Assembly (NCBI GenBank): GCA_051546255.1
Contig: CP128822.1
Span: forward strand, 1-64,000
Reading direction: 5' to 3'
Length of the DNA stretch: 64,000 nucleotides
DNA from: Meyerozyma guilliermondii
Lineage: Eukaryota
Position numbers and translations under genes: made by a program. The notes below the pieces were generated by a model that ran no database searches, was not told where the DNA came from, and saw nothing but the letters and a program-made list of their open reading frames with translations. This document shows, in pieces, positions 30,586 through 41,998 of this stretch; within the stretch, counting starts at the first letter, position 1; each line of letters starts with the position of its first letter.

Positions 30586-31561
30586 TTAGAATGTCACAAA
30601 CGAATTAAAGTCAAATTCCTCGGGTTTATGAGCCATAAACTGGTCATTTGCACATCCTTTAAAGTTTGAAAGTTTAATATTGTCCACTTCAGGAACAAAC
30701 TCCGATACAGGCGAGTACTCACCAGCATCAGAAGTGTCAGAATCACTCAAAAAAACGGTGATTTGCTCGTTAAGAAGCATGAAATCTTCCAAATTAGAAA
30801 TGGGTTGCGGCTGCTGCGATTTGATTTGTGGAACCACTGGGGCAGACATGGTGTGTCTATGACTAAGTTGCTTCCTGGGACCAGCCACAGGAGCGTGATA
30901 CGCCTTGAATTGGATCTCCCCACTTCTTCTTTTGTCTCCGGTACTTTTCGAACGTTTGAGATTTGGTGCTGCACCAGTTGAAATATCACCAACAGTGTAT
31001 GCACGTTTATGCCCGCGAGGCTGCATGGTGTTGGAAGTATCTTCGCCGCGCGTCGTGCCAAACACAAAGTTGTTGAAATGTGGGGTAGATGAGGTGTCGA
31101 TGCCATTCATTGAATATGCAAGAGGAGCGAGCTCAGCGGCACCAGACGCAGCCTCCTGAGACTGCCAGCCCATCCCGAAATCAATGTTCATGATACCTAA
31201 TCCCATCTCTGCTCTAGTATCGGTGGAAAACGTGTCCTGCACATAGGCACCGGTGCCGTCCAACTCGCTCATCATAGTAGCAGAGTCGAGGTTTGAGAAA
31301 ATTGAGTCGTCATCAGATGTAGGTGAAGGTGGAAGCGATCCAGATGTGGAAGCGGACGCAGAAGTAGGTGCCGACGAAATCGACGCCAAATCGTTCGATC
31401 CTGTCATCTCCGCTTCTTGCGTCTTCACCGGCAGCAAATCAACAAAGACAAAATCTTTGGGCATTCCTGGTTTATTTTTGGGTCTTTTAGATGGTGGTCT
31501 TCTGGTCAGAAAGCTTGTACCGGCGGCGGAGATTTTCATTGAGTTATTGAAACATTCCATG
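30586..31561 (-). CDS. Uncharacterised, largely disordered Ser-rich protein (possible regulator)
   Basis: ATG at 31561 (MECFNNSMK); basic patch, DFVFVDL.PVK motif, acidic-aromatic C-terminus EEFDFNSFVTF; ~2.6-kb upstream intergenic region. Confidence 0.7.
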
Positions 31562-32356
31562 GAAAAGTTGGAACCCACAGCTTTTTTGGCACTGGCACTA
31601 GCCAGTCTCACACGCCATAATTTTCTTCCATTAGCAGGAGGAAGTATTTTGCTGAGTTAGTAGAGAACAAACAGATAACTGACAAAAAGTATCGGTGACA
31701 TACCTTTTATTTTCCATTGTCACTTCCTTGGGTATTAGCGAGGGAAGTAGGCGATATGCCGGGTATCAATTGATGGAAGCAAGTTAGCTAACAGTGAAGG
31801 AAGGGAAATATAAGATTAGGATGATCTTAAAACTTTGTGGCGGGAGAATGGATTTATATAGAAACCCCAACAGAAAGGGGGAACCTGCGGCAAAGGATTA
31901 GATGCTCCGGCAAATGCAAGGCAGGCGCCAGAGCCGCTGTGGATGCTGCAAGTCATTAGTAGTAGTTGCAAATACTAAGTATTGGCGATGGGCCCGACTC
32001 ATGCATGATGCGCGCCGTGTTATGCATCATGCACACTCTAATGCATTCTGCATAAAATGGAAATAAAACTCAATATGCGATTACGAAGTGCCAAGAGTAG
32101 ACCCTTTGTAACTAATGACTTGATTATTCGATGATAAAGCTCTTAGATGACTCTTTCTCGATCCAAAATACTATCACATTAATTTTGGATCATTCTGTCA
32201 ACTTACAAGCGAATCCTAATTGGTGATCCATAGACAATGGCACCTCCTTGAAAGGAAGGGTTACATTAATAGTTTGCATGAACGTTCAATGTTATTTTCC
32301 TATTCGAGTATATTGTTTGCATATGCAACCTAAACAGGAGTGATTGGTACTCCTCT

Positions 32357-33209
32357 TTTCCTAAATAGGAAATTTGATTTCAATGCGCATAATTTTAATT
32401 GACAATTCGAAATCAATGCCCATTGGTGATGCACATCGGGACATGAGAGAAGCTCTCAAAGAAATTACGAACAAATTTCGGATAGAATCCGATGATAACT
32501 TGAATATGAATTGAGGCGATTAACAATATTCGGAGATTATGATTTGATAGTTTGGGGCGTTTTCAAGCGCATGCTTCGTATAGAGCCGAGTAGGCGACCT
32601 CGCCTACCTAATTAGGCGATTTTCACGCACTTGCATGCACGTAATATGAGATTGATCTGCATTCTATTATACATTGCTGCGTCTCATTAGGCCTAATTAG
32701 GAATGCGGAGAAACAAAATAGCCCGATTAGGAAAGCGGGGAATATGCACCCTGCGGGTTTTTTTTGATGTTGCGCTTCTATGAAATTGCCCGGATGTACT
32801 AGCGATAAAATGTGGGGTAAACTGTAATGGCTCTAATATGCGCAAACCGGCATTGGCAACAGATTTTGCCGGAATTAATGTCGGCTTCGGTTTTTTACAT
32901 GCCCGACAATGTTGGATGAATAGTTGACACATTGAACACAAAGTGCCAAACCGTAACGCAAAAATAATGAAAGTTATTGTTATTTAGCGATTGTCTTTGA
33001 GTTGCTTTGAGTCATTCTTATTTGTCAATTGCGAATCATGATGCCATGGATTGTCGTCGTACGGCTCCTAGATTTCATGCCGATGCCTGCACAATCGATC
33101 GAGAATTTTTTATGCATGCGGCCTAATTAGGACTAGTTATGTGTAAGCCGCAGAAGGGGTCAACTGCAGGGATGAATACAGGCGGTTTAAAATATTCGGC
33201 CTAATTAGG
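32357..33209. promoter_or_regulatory. Cluster of Mcm1/MADS (CArG) boxes
   Basis: TTTCCTAAATAGGAAA at 32357-32372; CCTAATTAGG at 32607, 32692, 33122 and 33200; CCCGATTAGGAAA at 32722. Confidence 0.7.
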
Positions 33210-34183
33210 CATGGTAATCACACCTCGATATTAACGCAAATATTTAACATAGAAAATACTACTGAATTATCAGTTACGTCATTGGCATGAATTTCACCCA
33301 ACTATGTAAGGTGCCTTTAAAAATTTTAAATTATTATATTGAAAACCTTTGAAACTAGAAATTGTAGATAAATCCGATTCCCACATTATGTCCGTCCACC
33401 GATGGGGAAACCGATTGGGTTTTCTGCAGTCTGCCGACAGAATAATGAACCCGGGAGTCAGATGGGGCACTTGCGGGGAAAAGTGACGGCGGAAAGGAAC
33501 CATTGCGAGGGGTGAGAGAGGGGACATGTTAAAGGCGCCGAGGTTCTTTATCAATGAAAGTGGAGATTGTGAAGGTTCGCTAATTTGGCTAATTTTTCGG
33601 TTGATGAAAAATTCAACGGATTACAATTTTGCGGGGTGTTACATTTAACGTTTGAATGTGATTTCGGAACGACACAGTTACGACACAGCTACGAAAGCAA
33701 GTACCAATCAACTAAACGACCCGAAGTTGCAGGGTAATAGTCGTAGGCAATCGAAGGCAATTGAAGGCAATTGCAAGAGCAATCACAAGAGCATATTGCA
33801 GAACAATAGTCACAAGTTGTAAGACAACACTTCTATGCTTTAATTTCTTTTGGTTTTTGGTTTCTGGTTTATTTGGTTCAATTCTTTGTGTTTCTTTGGT
33901 TTGTTCCTTTGGTTGTTCTATGCTTCTTTGTCGGTTTTGATTTCTATTCTTGTGGCTGATTCTTTGTTGCGAAACCATTGTGCTTTTGTGTTACTTTGGT
34001 ATTTTGTTGTATTTTGTTGTATTTTGGTTCTGTGGCTGGTATTTTCTTTTGGTTCAAACTAGACTTGCCCTGGTAACCACAGTGGTTCTAGAACAGTGAT
34101 TTGGTCATGTTTGATTCATTGTCATTATTTCATTTGTGACCATTGCTCGTAATTGAACTTACTTGTTACTTCTTTCATTTTTC

Positions 34184-34453
34184 TTACTCGTTACTTCTTT
34201 CATTTTTCTCCCTCTCTCTAACCAACTTTTCCAATCGCGCTTTGGCTTCCGGAGTATAGTCAAGTGTACACGTTTCCAAGTGCTTAATCAGCAAACCCTT
34301 GTGTTCTCTTTTGCGCTTTTCCACCTCTTCTGGAGTGTGCGGCGTATACTTGATAAATTCAAAGTCTTTTCCTGTGTCCCAGAAAACCCAGGCTCCGGCC
34401 ACCACGGCCAAAGTACCGACAATAAGACGATTTATAAATGGAGGTGAGGACAT
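34184..34453 (-). CDS. Small single-pass membrane protein (89 aa), function unknown
   Basis: ATG at 34453; one TM segment (LIVGTLAVVAGAWVFW) followed by a charged helical tail. Confidence 0.65.
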   Translation of the reverse strand: MSSPPFINRLIVGTLAVVAGAWVFWDTGKDFEFIKYTPHTPEEVEKRKREHKGLLIKHLETCTLDYTPEAKARLEKLVREREKNERSNE

Positions 34454-35062
34454 AAGCGTGAAGTTTGGTGAGAGAAAAGATTTGAGAGCGCGGCACGTGA
34501 CCATTTCAATTGGTTATTCAATTTTGTCAATTTGCAATTGGTGCAGCGGCTATCATTACTGCGTTTTTTTTTACGGCAATTTGCATCTCTTACTTTACCG
34601 TTTTACATTCACCGTTCCATGCAGAAAGGCGCTAGGAATTGGCGCTAAGAACGAAAAGAAGTATAATGTGAATCCAAGTAATATATGATGTCTACAGTGT
34701 ACTGTTACAGTCTATTATAGTTAGTGATTGTAGCACTTAATTAAGTTTCAGCTTACTCAAATTTCAGTTCTGCTTCTTAGTTGTATCTGATGGTCGTTGC
34801 TTTGTCAGGGCTTGGTCATTTCTTGGTCACTGGCCATAATTTCGTCATTGCTTTTCTCCATTGTCTTTCATTTTGCAGCTCCTACAGCTTCATTTGCAGC
34901 TTTCGAATTCAGTTCGCACTTTCGTAGCGCGCACGCCTGTTTCCCAGCTATTTCCTCCCACTATTCACTAATTCGCAGCGCGCACGCTGCTCATTAGCTC
35001 GCGCACGCTCGCTCGCACGCCGCTCGCACGCTCTATATTTGCCAATCTCCCTCCCTATTTCC

Positions 35063-35512
35063 ATGGCTGCACTTCCAAAAAGAATATCCAAGGAAACCCA
35101 ACGGTTGGTGTCGGATCCCGTGCCCGGCATCACCGCTGTGCCTTCAGAAGACAACTTGAGGTACTTTGAAGTGTGTATTGATGGTCCTTCTTCTTCACCA
35201 TATGCTGATGGCAAGTTCAAACTAGAACTTTATTTACCTGATGATTATCCCATGTGTGCACCCAAAGTGCGGTTTCTCACCAAAATCTACCATCCCAACA
35301 TAGATAAATTGGGCCGTATTTGCTTGGATGTATTGAAAGATAATTGGAGTCCGGCGTTGCAAATCAGAACGATTTTGTTGTCTATCCAAGCGTTGTTGGG
35401 TGCGCCAAACCCTGATGATCCGTTGGCCAACGACGTTGCAGAGGACTGGAAGAAGGACGAAAAGGCTGCTATCGAGGTGGCGAAGGAGTGGACGCGAAAG
35501 TATGCGACGTAG
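35063..35512 (+). CDS. UBC13: Ubiquitin-conjugating enzyme E2, Ubc13
   Basis: [44 protein letters not shown]; intronless here. Confidence 0.96.
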   Translation: MAALPKRISKETQRLVSDPVPGITAVPSEDNLRYFEVCIDGPSSSPYADGKFKLELYLPDDYPMCAPKVRFLTKIYHPNIDKLGRICLDVLKDNWSPALQIRTILLSIQALLGAPNPDDPLANDVAEDWKKDEKAAIEVAKEWTRKYAT

Positions 35513-35687
35513 AAAGGGAGAAGAGAAGTGAAGAGGAATTGATCGAGATTTCAGCAATTTCAACAAGACTAAAATTTGAAGCTTGTATTGTGGAAGAATC
35601 GTGATACTCAATGCCTTTATTTACATCGCGTTGTGATATCTGGTATTTTGTCACCTACTTTACTCACTTAGTTGACTCGCGTAGGTC

Positions 35688-35845
35688 ACCAGGCTGGAAG
35701 CGAAGCGGCAGCCTGGTTTTCTCCTGGTTAGGCTGGTTTCAGGTTTCCTGGTTAGGCTGGTTTCACCAGGCTGTCGCTTCGCTTCCAGCCTGGTTGCTTC
35801 AGCCTGGTTAGCTGGTTCATCAGGCTTCGCTTCGCTTCAGCCTGA
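35688..35845. repeat. Nested inverted-repeat element
   Basis: 30-bp arms at 35688-35717 and 35765-35794 (29/30 complementary). Each arm is itself a hairpin, and a third related hairpin lies at 35820-35845. Confidence 0.85.
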
Positions 35846-36167
35846 TTATATAATCTCTTTATCGGATCATACGGAACCCGCGCCGATGAGCGCGAATTCC
35901 CCCTGAAAAATCTTATACACCCATACACCAGCTTACCTCGGCCATTACCACCCCACGAATTTGCACTAAATCGGCTGCTTTCAACCCAAAATTCACATCT
36001 CATACTCAATTCCTACAGTAGACCACGTAAACGCGTCCAGAACCACCGCACCCCACTCAAAACCGCCAAAAATTAGCCCCGGTCCAATTGGTAGATTAGG
36101 TCAGCGCTGACAAACGCGACGCATAATCGGTGCCCACGCAGATCTGATTTCAAATTCTTTTCGTCTG

Positions 36168-39100
36168 ATGGCGGCCCAGAATTCCGATGACGACCAGCCG
36201 GCGTCAAGTCCGTTTGCGGACCATAGCTACACGTTCGTAGACGGCAACTCAACCACCTCCGACCACTATGAACCACACACCTCCAATAATAATCGGGTTT
36301 TTTCTGATCACACGTTCAATTCGGGATTTCTGGATTCATCTATACATCAAACTCGGGCCGATTTCGATCCCCACCAGTCCCCCGAGTCCAGCGCCATGCC
36401 CACACCAAAACTCAATGTGGCTAGCTCACCAACGTCGCGTAAACCTTCGCTTAGATTCAATCTTCCCCCCACACGGTCTCCTTCCACCAAAGGTTCGCCT
36501 CCTACAAGTTCACTTCCGGCCCTCCCAATGGACCCTGCGAGCTTTGCTTCGCCCGAGACGCGTACCGACACGCGTCTGGCGTCGTCAGGAACCCTCCATC
36601 TGGCCCACTCATTGTACAATCTTCCCCACCTGCACGGCATGCAAAACGGCCATCGCGACCACCAAGTAAGTCCTACTGGTTATGGCGGCCGGGCCTCGCC
36701 CACGTTTGCCATTGACGAGGACCACGAGGTCAGCTTCCAGAAACCACAGCTGCCGTTCGCGGACTCGGCCGAGGTAACGTTTGAGTCGGCAGATTCCGCG
36801 TCCATCATCTCCGGTTCGGAACCACCATTTATGCCGTCGCCGCCGCCTACGATGCAGAGACACCGGTGGGGAACCACCAGAAACAAGAAGGGACGCCCGC
36901 AGCGCGAGAACGTAAGCCGGTCCAAAACTCTCAAGGGCATTTTCTCGCAAAATTCCATCTCAAGGTCAAAACTGTCAAACCACCCAAAACGCAAAATATC
37001 TATCCGCCCGCCCCGCACAGACGACACCCACATCCACGAGTCCGATACCGGTGACGACGACGATGAAGACCACAACTCAACACCAGAAACCGCCGATCCA
37101 AAAGATAGAAGAGCCGAAAAAAGAACAGTGGTGTTTAACCGTCCGCTCCCACAATCAGCCGTCGACCCACAATCCGGCCAACCCATCATCACCTACCCAC
37201 GTAACAAGATCAGAACCACCAAATACACCCCATTGTCTTTTCTACCGAAAAACATCTTCAACCAGTTTTTCCACAACGTCGCCAACATCTATTTCCTCGC
37301 GATGCTCATCTTGGGAGCGTTCCAGATTTTCGGTGTACCCAGTCCCGTTCTCGCAGCAGTACCATTGATCGTCATTGTACTAATCACGGCGTGTAAAGAC
37401 GCTATCGAAGACTCCAGGCGAACGGGTTCGGACATGGAGATTAACAACCAATACACTCACATTCTCGTGCACGCGGCCGAAAACTCCGAATACGAAAACC
37501 CCAACGTGTCGCAAGAAAAAGTGTCGTACTGGCGTCGGTTCAAAAAGTTGAATTCTCGTCTTCTTTTCCGGTTCATTCGCTTTCTCGAACGCAACGTTAC
37601 CAAAAAGGGACGCGCTGAAAAGGCCCGTCAAGAGGTGGCAGAACCTCAAAATATCCGTAAATCTTTCGATAGCGATATTATGTCGGATATTCAGTCGCCA
37701 AGACCATCAGGAGATATACGCCGATCGATGCAGAGAACCCGCCCTTCGGGTCAATATTCTCGAAGATCGGGGGTACATCGTCAAAAGACACTTCGGTATG
37801 CGAGAAAATACTGGAAGGATGTCCGTGTAGGCGACATTGTCCGGGTTCAAAATAACGAAGAAATCCCAGCAGATTTGGTAATTATTTCAACTAGTGACGA
37901 CGACAACTGTTGCTATGTCGAGACAAAAAATCTTGACGGAGAGACAAACTTAAAGGTCCGTCAAGCCCTTAAATATGGTTCATTGGGCTCCAAAATCCAA
38001 CGAGCTGATGACCTTCTTCTGCGTGAATTTCAAGTTAACAGTGAGGGTCCTCAGGCCAATCTTTACTCATACCAGGCTAACATAAGCTACAAGCATCCTG
38101 TCACATCCGAAGAGGCGACAGAAAGTGTCACTATAAACAATCTTCTCTTGCGTGGATGTTTTTTGAGGAATACAAAATGGGCAATTGGTATTGTTGCATT
38201 TACCGGTGAAGATACCAAAATCATGATGAATGCCGGAATCACACCTACAAAGCAATCGAGGCTTTCACGAGAGCTCAACTATTATGTTGTTCTCAATTTC
38301 GCTATCCTCTTCATTCTTTGTTTCTCATCGGGTATCATCAATGGATTCTACTATCGAACTCACGATACTTCGAGGGACTATTTCGAATTTGAAACAATTG
38401 CTGGGACTCCAGCGAAGAATGGTCTTGTGTCTTTCTTTGTTGCAGTGATTCTTTACCAGTCGTTGGTCCCCATTTCTTTGTACATTACTATTGAGATCAT
38501 CAAGACCTTACAAGCATTTTTCATCTATTCTGATGTTTCAATGTATTACGAAAGGCTTGATCATCCATGCACACCCAAGAGTTGGAGTATTTCTGACGAC
38601 TTGGGGCAGATAGAATACATCTTCAGTGATAAAACTGGAACGTTGACACAAAATTTGATGGAATTCAGAAAGTGTACTATTAACGGAATTTCGTACGGAA
38701 AGGCATATACCGAAGCATTAGCTGGGTTGCGGAAACGTCAAGGAATTGATGTTGATGCTGAAGGTGCTCATGAGCGTCAACTAATTGCGGAAAATAAGCA
38801 AGAAATGCTCAAGATCTTGTCCTCCATTCATGACAATCCTTATATGGACGAGTTGACGTTTGTAAGTAAGGAATTTGCTGAGGATATAACTGGTGCTTCA
38901 GGAGAACATCAAAAAGCTTGCAATGAACATTTTGCTTTGGCGCTTGCCTTGTGTCACAATGTTCTTGTTGAGCCAAGAGAAGACGACCCTTCCAAAATGT
39001 TGTTGAAGGCACAATCACCAGATGAAGCTGCTCTTGTTGGTACTGTTCGTAGTTTGGGATTCAATTTCAAGGCGAATACGAAAACTGGAGTTGTTGTCGA

Positions 39101-41369
39101 AGTTCAGGGTGAGACCAAAGAATATCAAGTACTCAACACGCTTGAGTTCAACTCTACAAGAAAGAGAATGAGTGCAATAATCAAGATTCCACCAGAAACT
39201 CCCGACGGTGAGCCAAAAGCTCTTCTAATCTGTAAGGGTGCCGACTCGATCATATACTCGCGTTTGTCTCGTACCCAAAACGACAAAACTCTTTTGGATT
39301 TGACGTCGAAACATTTGGAGGAATATGCTACAGAGGGTTTGAGAACATTGTGCATTGCACAGAGAGAAATTCCTTGGTCGCAGTACCTTGCGTGGAACGT
39401 TCGTCATCAGGAAGCTTCAGCTTCGCTCGATAGGAGAGAGGAAAAGATGGAAGCAGTAGCTGAATCGATCGAACGTGAGCTTGTACTTTTAGGAGGCACA
39501 GCTATTGAGGATAGACTCCAGGATGGAGTTCCTGATGCAATTGAAACGCTTGGACGGGCTGGAATCAAGTTGTGGGTTTTGACTGGTGATAAGGTTGAAA
39601 CTGCCATCAATATTGGATTTTCTTGTAACTTGTTGGGTAACGACATGGAACTCTTGGTTATCAAGACTGAAATGGACGACGAAGAAGCAGCAGAAATTGG
39701 AATCGAGAACAGCGACAACCAGGCAACTCTTGTTTCACTGTTACTTTCCAGATACTTGCAAAAGCATTTTGGAATGACGGGTTCGTTTGAAGAAAAAGAA
39801 GCTGCTATTGGCGACCACACACCTCCCAACGAAGGCTTTGGAGTAATCATTGATGGTGATGCTTTGAAGGTTGCGTTGGAGAATGAAGATGCCAAACGCA
39901 AGTTCCTATTGCTTTGCAAGCAGTGTAAGGCCGTCATGTGCTGTCGAGTCTCTCCAGCTCAAAAGGCAGCTGTAGTCAAGTTGGTCAAGGATACCTTGGA
40001 TGTGATGACTTTGGCCATTGGTGATGGTTCTAATGATGTTGCTATGATTCAGTCTGCTGATGTTGGAGTTGGAATAGTGGGAGAAGAGGGACGCCAGGCA
40101 GCCATGTCGTCGGATTATGCCGTGGGTCAATTCAGGTATTTGACCCGATTGCTTTTGGCTCATGGAAGATGGTCGTACAAGCGATTCAGTGAAATGATTC
40201 CTTCTTTCTTCTACAAGAATGTGATTTTCTCTGTTGCCTTATACTGGTATGGAATCTATGATGATTTCGATGGCACCTATTTGTTCGAATTCACCTACTT
40301 GATGTTCTACAATTTGGCATTTACATCTTTGGCGGTGATCTTCTTGGGAGTTTTTGACCAAGATGTGTCTGCCAAAGTATCACTTTTGATTCCCGAATTG
40401 TACCGTACCGGTATTATGCGTACGGAATTCACTCAGTCAAAATTCTGGTGGTATATGGTTGATGGCATCTATCAATCAGCCATTTCGTTCTTCTTCCCAT
40501 ACCTCATGTATTATCGAGGATTTGCGTCAATGAACGGATTATCCGTGGACCATCGATTCTGGATTGGAATAGTTGTCACATGTATCTCATGTATTTCGTG
40601 CAACTTTTACATTTTCCTTCACCAGTACCGGTGGGATTGGTTATCGTCATTGATTGTTGCTATTTCCATCTTGCTCATCTACATCTGGACTGGACTCTGG
40701 ACCACACCTCTCTACAGTGCCGAGTTCTACAAGGCAGCAGAACAAATGTTTGGATTGACAGCATTTTGGGCATGTTCCTTTATTGGTATCATCGTTTGTT
40801 TGATACCTCGGTTTTTCTACGATGTCCTTCAACGCCATTTTTTCCCTCAAGATATCGACCTCATTCGCGAATGCGTCCAAAGAGGAGATTTCGATGCCTA
40901 TCCCGAGGACTACGATCCCACTGATCCAAACCGGCCCAAGGTCGGCCAGTATAGCAATGCGCAGGTGCTGCGGATGGGATCGGTTCTGAATAATAACTAC
41001 GAGTCGACTTTGACGTTGAAAACTGAACAAGTTGAAAACTACAACAATTGGAGCAGCGGCAGTGGAAGTGTAAGCGATTTAGAGCAGCAAGCCAAAGTGA
41101 TGCAAAATAGCACTGCGATTCCAACACCTCCTATCGAGGCAAATAATCACCATCGGGTGAGCAGTCCAACCCCGAAAAACACCGAATCGGTGGTCCGTCG
41201 TGGAGGAAACCGCAAGAGTGTCCTCGACCTTTTTAAGAGGAAAAGCCAGGGAGTTTCATACTACGATAACAATTCTTTGATAGATACTTACAATCCACTG
41301 GCAGACGACCTCTCCTCGATGCGCACCGAGGAAATTGCCATGGACGACATGAGACATAATAGAGCATGA
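36168..41369 (+). CDS. DNF1: P4-ATPase phospholipid flippase, Dnf1/Dnf2 type
   Basis: NKIRTTKYTP, DGETNLK, PISLY, DKTGTLT, SPDEAALV, GDGSNDVAMIQ. DNF1 and DNF2 cannot be distinguished from sequence alone. Confidence 0.93.
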   Translation: MAAQNSDDDQPASSPFADHSYTFVDGNSTTSDHYEPHTSNNNRVFSDHTFNSGFLDSSIHQTRADFDPHQSPESSAMPTPKLNVASSPTSRKPSLRFNLPPTRSPSTKGSPPTSSLPALPMDPASFASPETRTDTRLASSGTLHLAHSLYNLPHLHGMQNGHRDHQVSPTGYGGRASPTFAIDEDHEVSFQKPQLPFADSAEVTFESADSASIISGSEPPFMPSPPPTMQRHRWGTTRNKKGRPQRENVSRSKTLKGIFSQNSISRSKLSNHPKRKISIRPPRTDDTHIHESDTGDDDDEDHNSTPETADPKDRRAEKRTVVFNRPLPQSAVDPQSGQPIITYPRNKIRTTKYTPLSFLPKNIFNQFFHNVANIYFLAMLILGAFQIFGVPSPVLAAVPLIVIVLITACKDAIEDSRRTGSDMEINNQYTHILVHAAENSEYENPNVSQEKVSYWRRFKKLNSRLLFRFIRFLERNVTKKGRAEKARQEVAEPQNIRKSFDSDIMSDIQSPRPSGDIRRSMQRTRPSGQYSRRSGVHRQKTLRYARKYWKDVRVGDIVRVQNNEEIPADLVIISTSDDDNCCYVETKNLDGETNLKVRQALKYGSLGSKIQRADDLLLREFQVNSEGPQANLYSYQANISYKHPVTSEEATESVTINNLLLRGCFLRNTKWAIGIVAFTGEDTKIMMNAGITPTKQSRLSRELNYYVVLNFAILFILCFSSGIINGFYYRTHDTSRDYFEFETIAGTPAKNGLVSFFVAVILYQSLVPISLYITIEIIKTLQAFFIYSDVSMYYERLDHPCTPKSWSISDDLGQIEYIFSDKTGTLTQNLMEFRKCTINGISYGKAYTEALAGLRKRQGIDVDAEGAHERQLIAENKQEMLKILSSIHDNPYMDELTFVSKEFAEDITGASGEHQKACNEHFALALALCHNVLVEPREDDPSKMLLKAQSPDEAALVGTVRSLGFNFKANTKTGVVVEVQGETKEYQVLNTLEFNSTRKRMSAIIKIPPETPDGEPKALLICKGADSIIYSRLSRTQNDKTLLDLTSKHLEEYATEGLRTLCIAQREIPWSQYLAWNVRHQEASASLDRREEKMEAVAESIERELVLLGGTAIEDRLQDGVPDAIETLGRAGIKLWVLTGDKVETAINIGFSCNLLGNDMELLVIKTEMDDEEAAEIGIENSDNQATLVSLLLSRYLQKHFGMTGSFEEKEAAIGDHTPPNEGFGVIIDGDALKVALENEDAKRKFLLLCKQCKAVMCCRVSPAQKAAVVKLVKDTLDVMTLAIGDGSNDVAMIQSADVGVGIVGEEGRQAAMSSDYAVGQFRYLTRLLLAHGRWSYKRFSEMIPSFFYKNVIFSVALYWYGIYDDFDGTYLFEFTYLMFYNLAFTSLAVIFLGVFDQDVSAKVSLLIPELYRTGIMRTEFTQSKFWWYMVDGIYQSAISFFFPYLMYYRGFASMNGLSVDHRFWIGIVVTCISCISCNFYIFLHQYRWDWLSSLIVAISILLIYIWTGLWTTPLYSAEFYKAAEQMFGLTAFWACSFIGIIVCLIPRFFYDVLQRHFFPQDIDLIRECVQRGDFDAYPEDYDPTDPNRPKVGQYSNAQVLRMGSVLNNNYESTLTLKTEQVENYNNWSSGSGSVSDLEQQAKVMQNSTAIPTPPIEANNHHRVSSPTPKNTESVVRRGGNRKSVLDLFKRKSQGVSYYDNNSLIDTYNPLADDLSSMRTEEIAMDDMRHNRA

Positions 41370-41502
41370 AAATCAATCATTGGTGTACAATATATATATA
41401 AACGATATGCATGAAATAGTGTAGTTTCTGTGCCACAATTGGCGTTAGGCGAAGCCGCGTAAAAAGAAACGTCGGCAGTGATTTCGAGACATTCAGAATC
41501 AA

Positions 41503-41736
41503 ATGAATTTTGAACAAAAGTTGAGAATAATCCTTCTTATATTCTTGATCGCATCTACTATGTCCATCGCTGCCAATGTGCCATTGTGCCCCCCACCAAC
41601 GACGAGAATTTTGCAGCCGTCCATGCATGTGTCGGAAATAGAAACGCGCTTGATCCCGACTGTATGCAGTACGAATAAATTTTCAGAAGCAATCAAAAAA
41701 CAAGCTATGGAAACTGGGGGTGTTGTTAGTGTATAG
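41503..41736 (+). CDS. Possible small secreted protein (77 aa)
   Basis: ATG start; signal-peptide-like KLRIILLIFLIASTMSIAA; two Cys. No homology recognised. Confidence 0.3.
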   Translation: MNFEQKLRIILLIFLIASTMSIAANVPLCPPPTTRILQPSMHVSEIETRLIPTVCSTNKFSEAIKKQAMETGGVVSV

Positions 41737-41998
41737 ATTGAATGCAATTGAATTTAGGGTCTATTTTGCATTAGCTATTTTGTTCAATTGAACAATTTTT
41801 CATTCCTCGGCTTTAGTGAACCTGGCACCCGCCCAGCGACGATGGGCGGCTGCGGCGGGTAACCTCTGCGACATCCAATCACGGCGCGTAGTTTCCCGAC
41901 TTCCCCCGGTAGTGCAGAAGCTATAAATGGGCCCCTGCAACCTCAGAAAAAAACTTTGAAAAATCATTTCCAGTTGATTTAATCTATTCACTACAAAC

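Noticed and set aside
33712..34062. Short ORFs in a T/G-rich low-complexity tract
   Set aside because: Compositional artefacts with no protein-like features.
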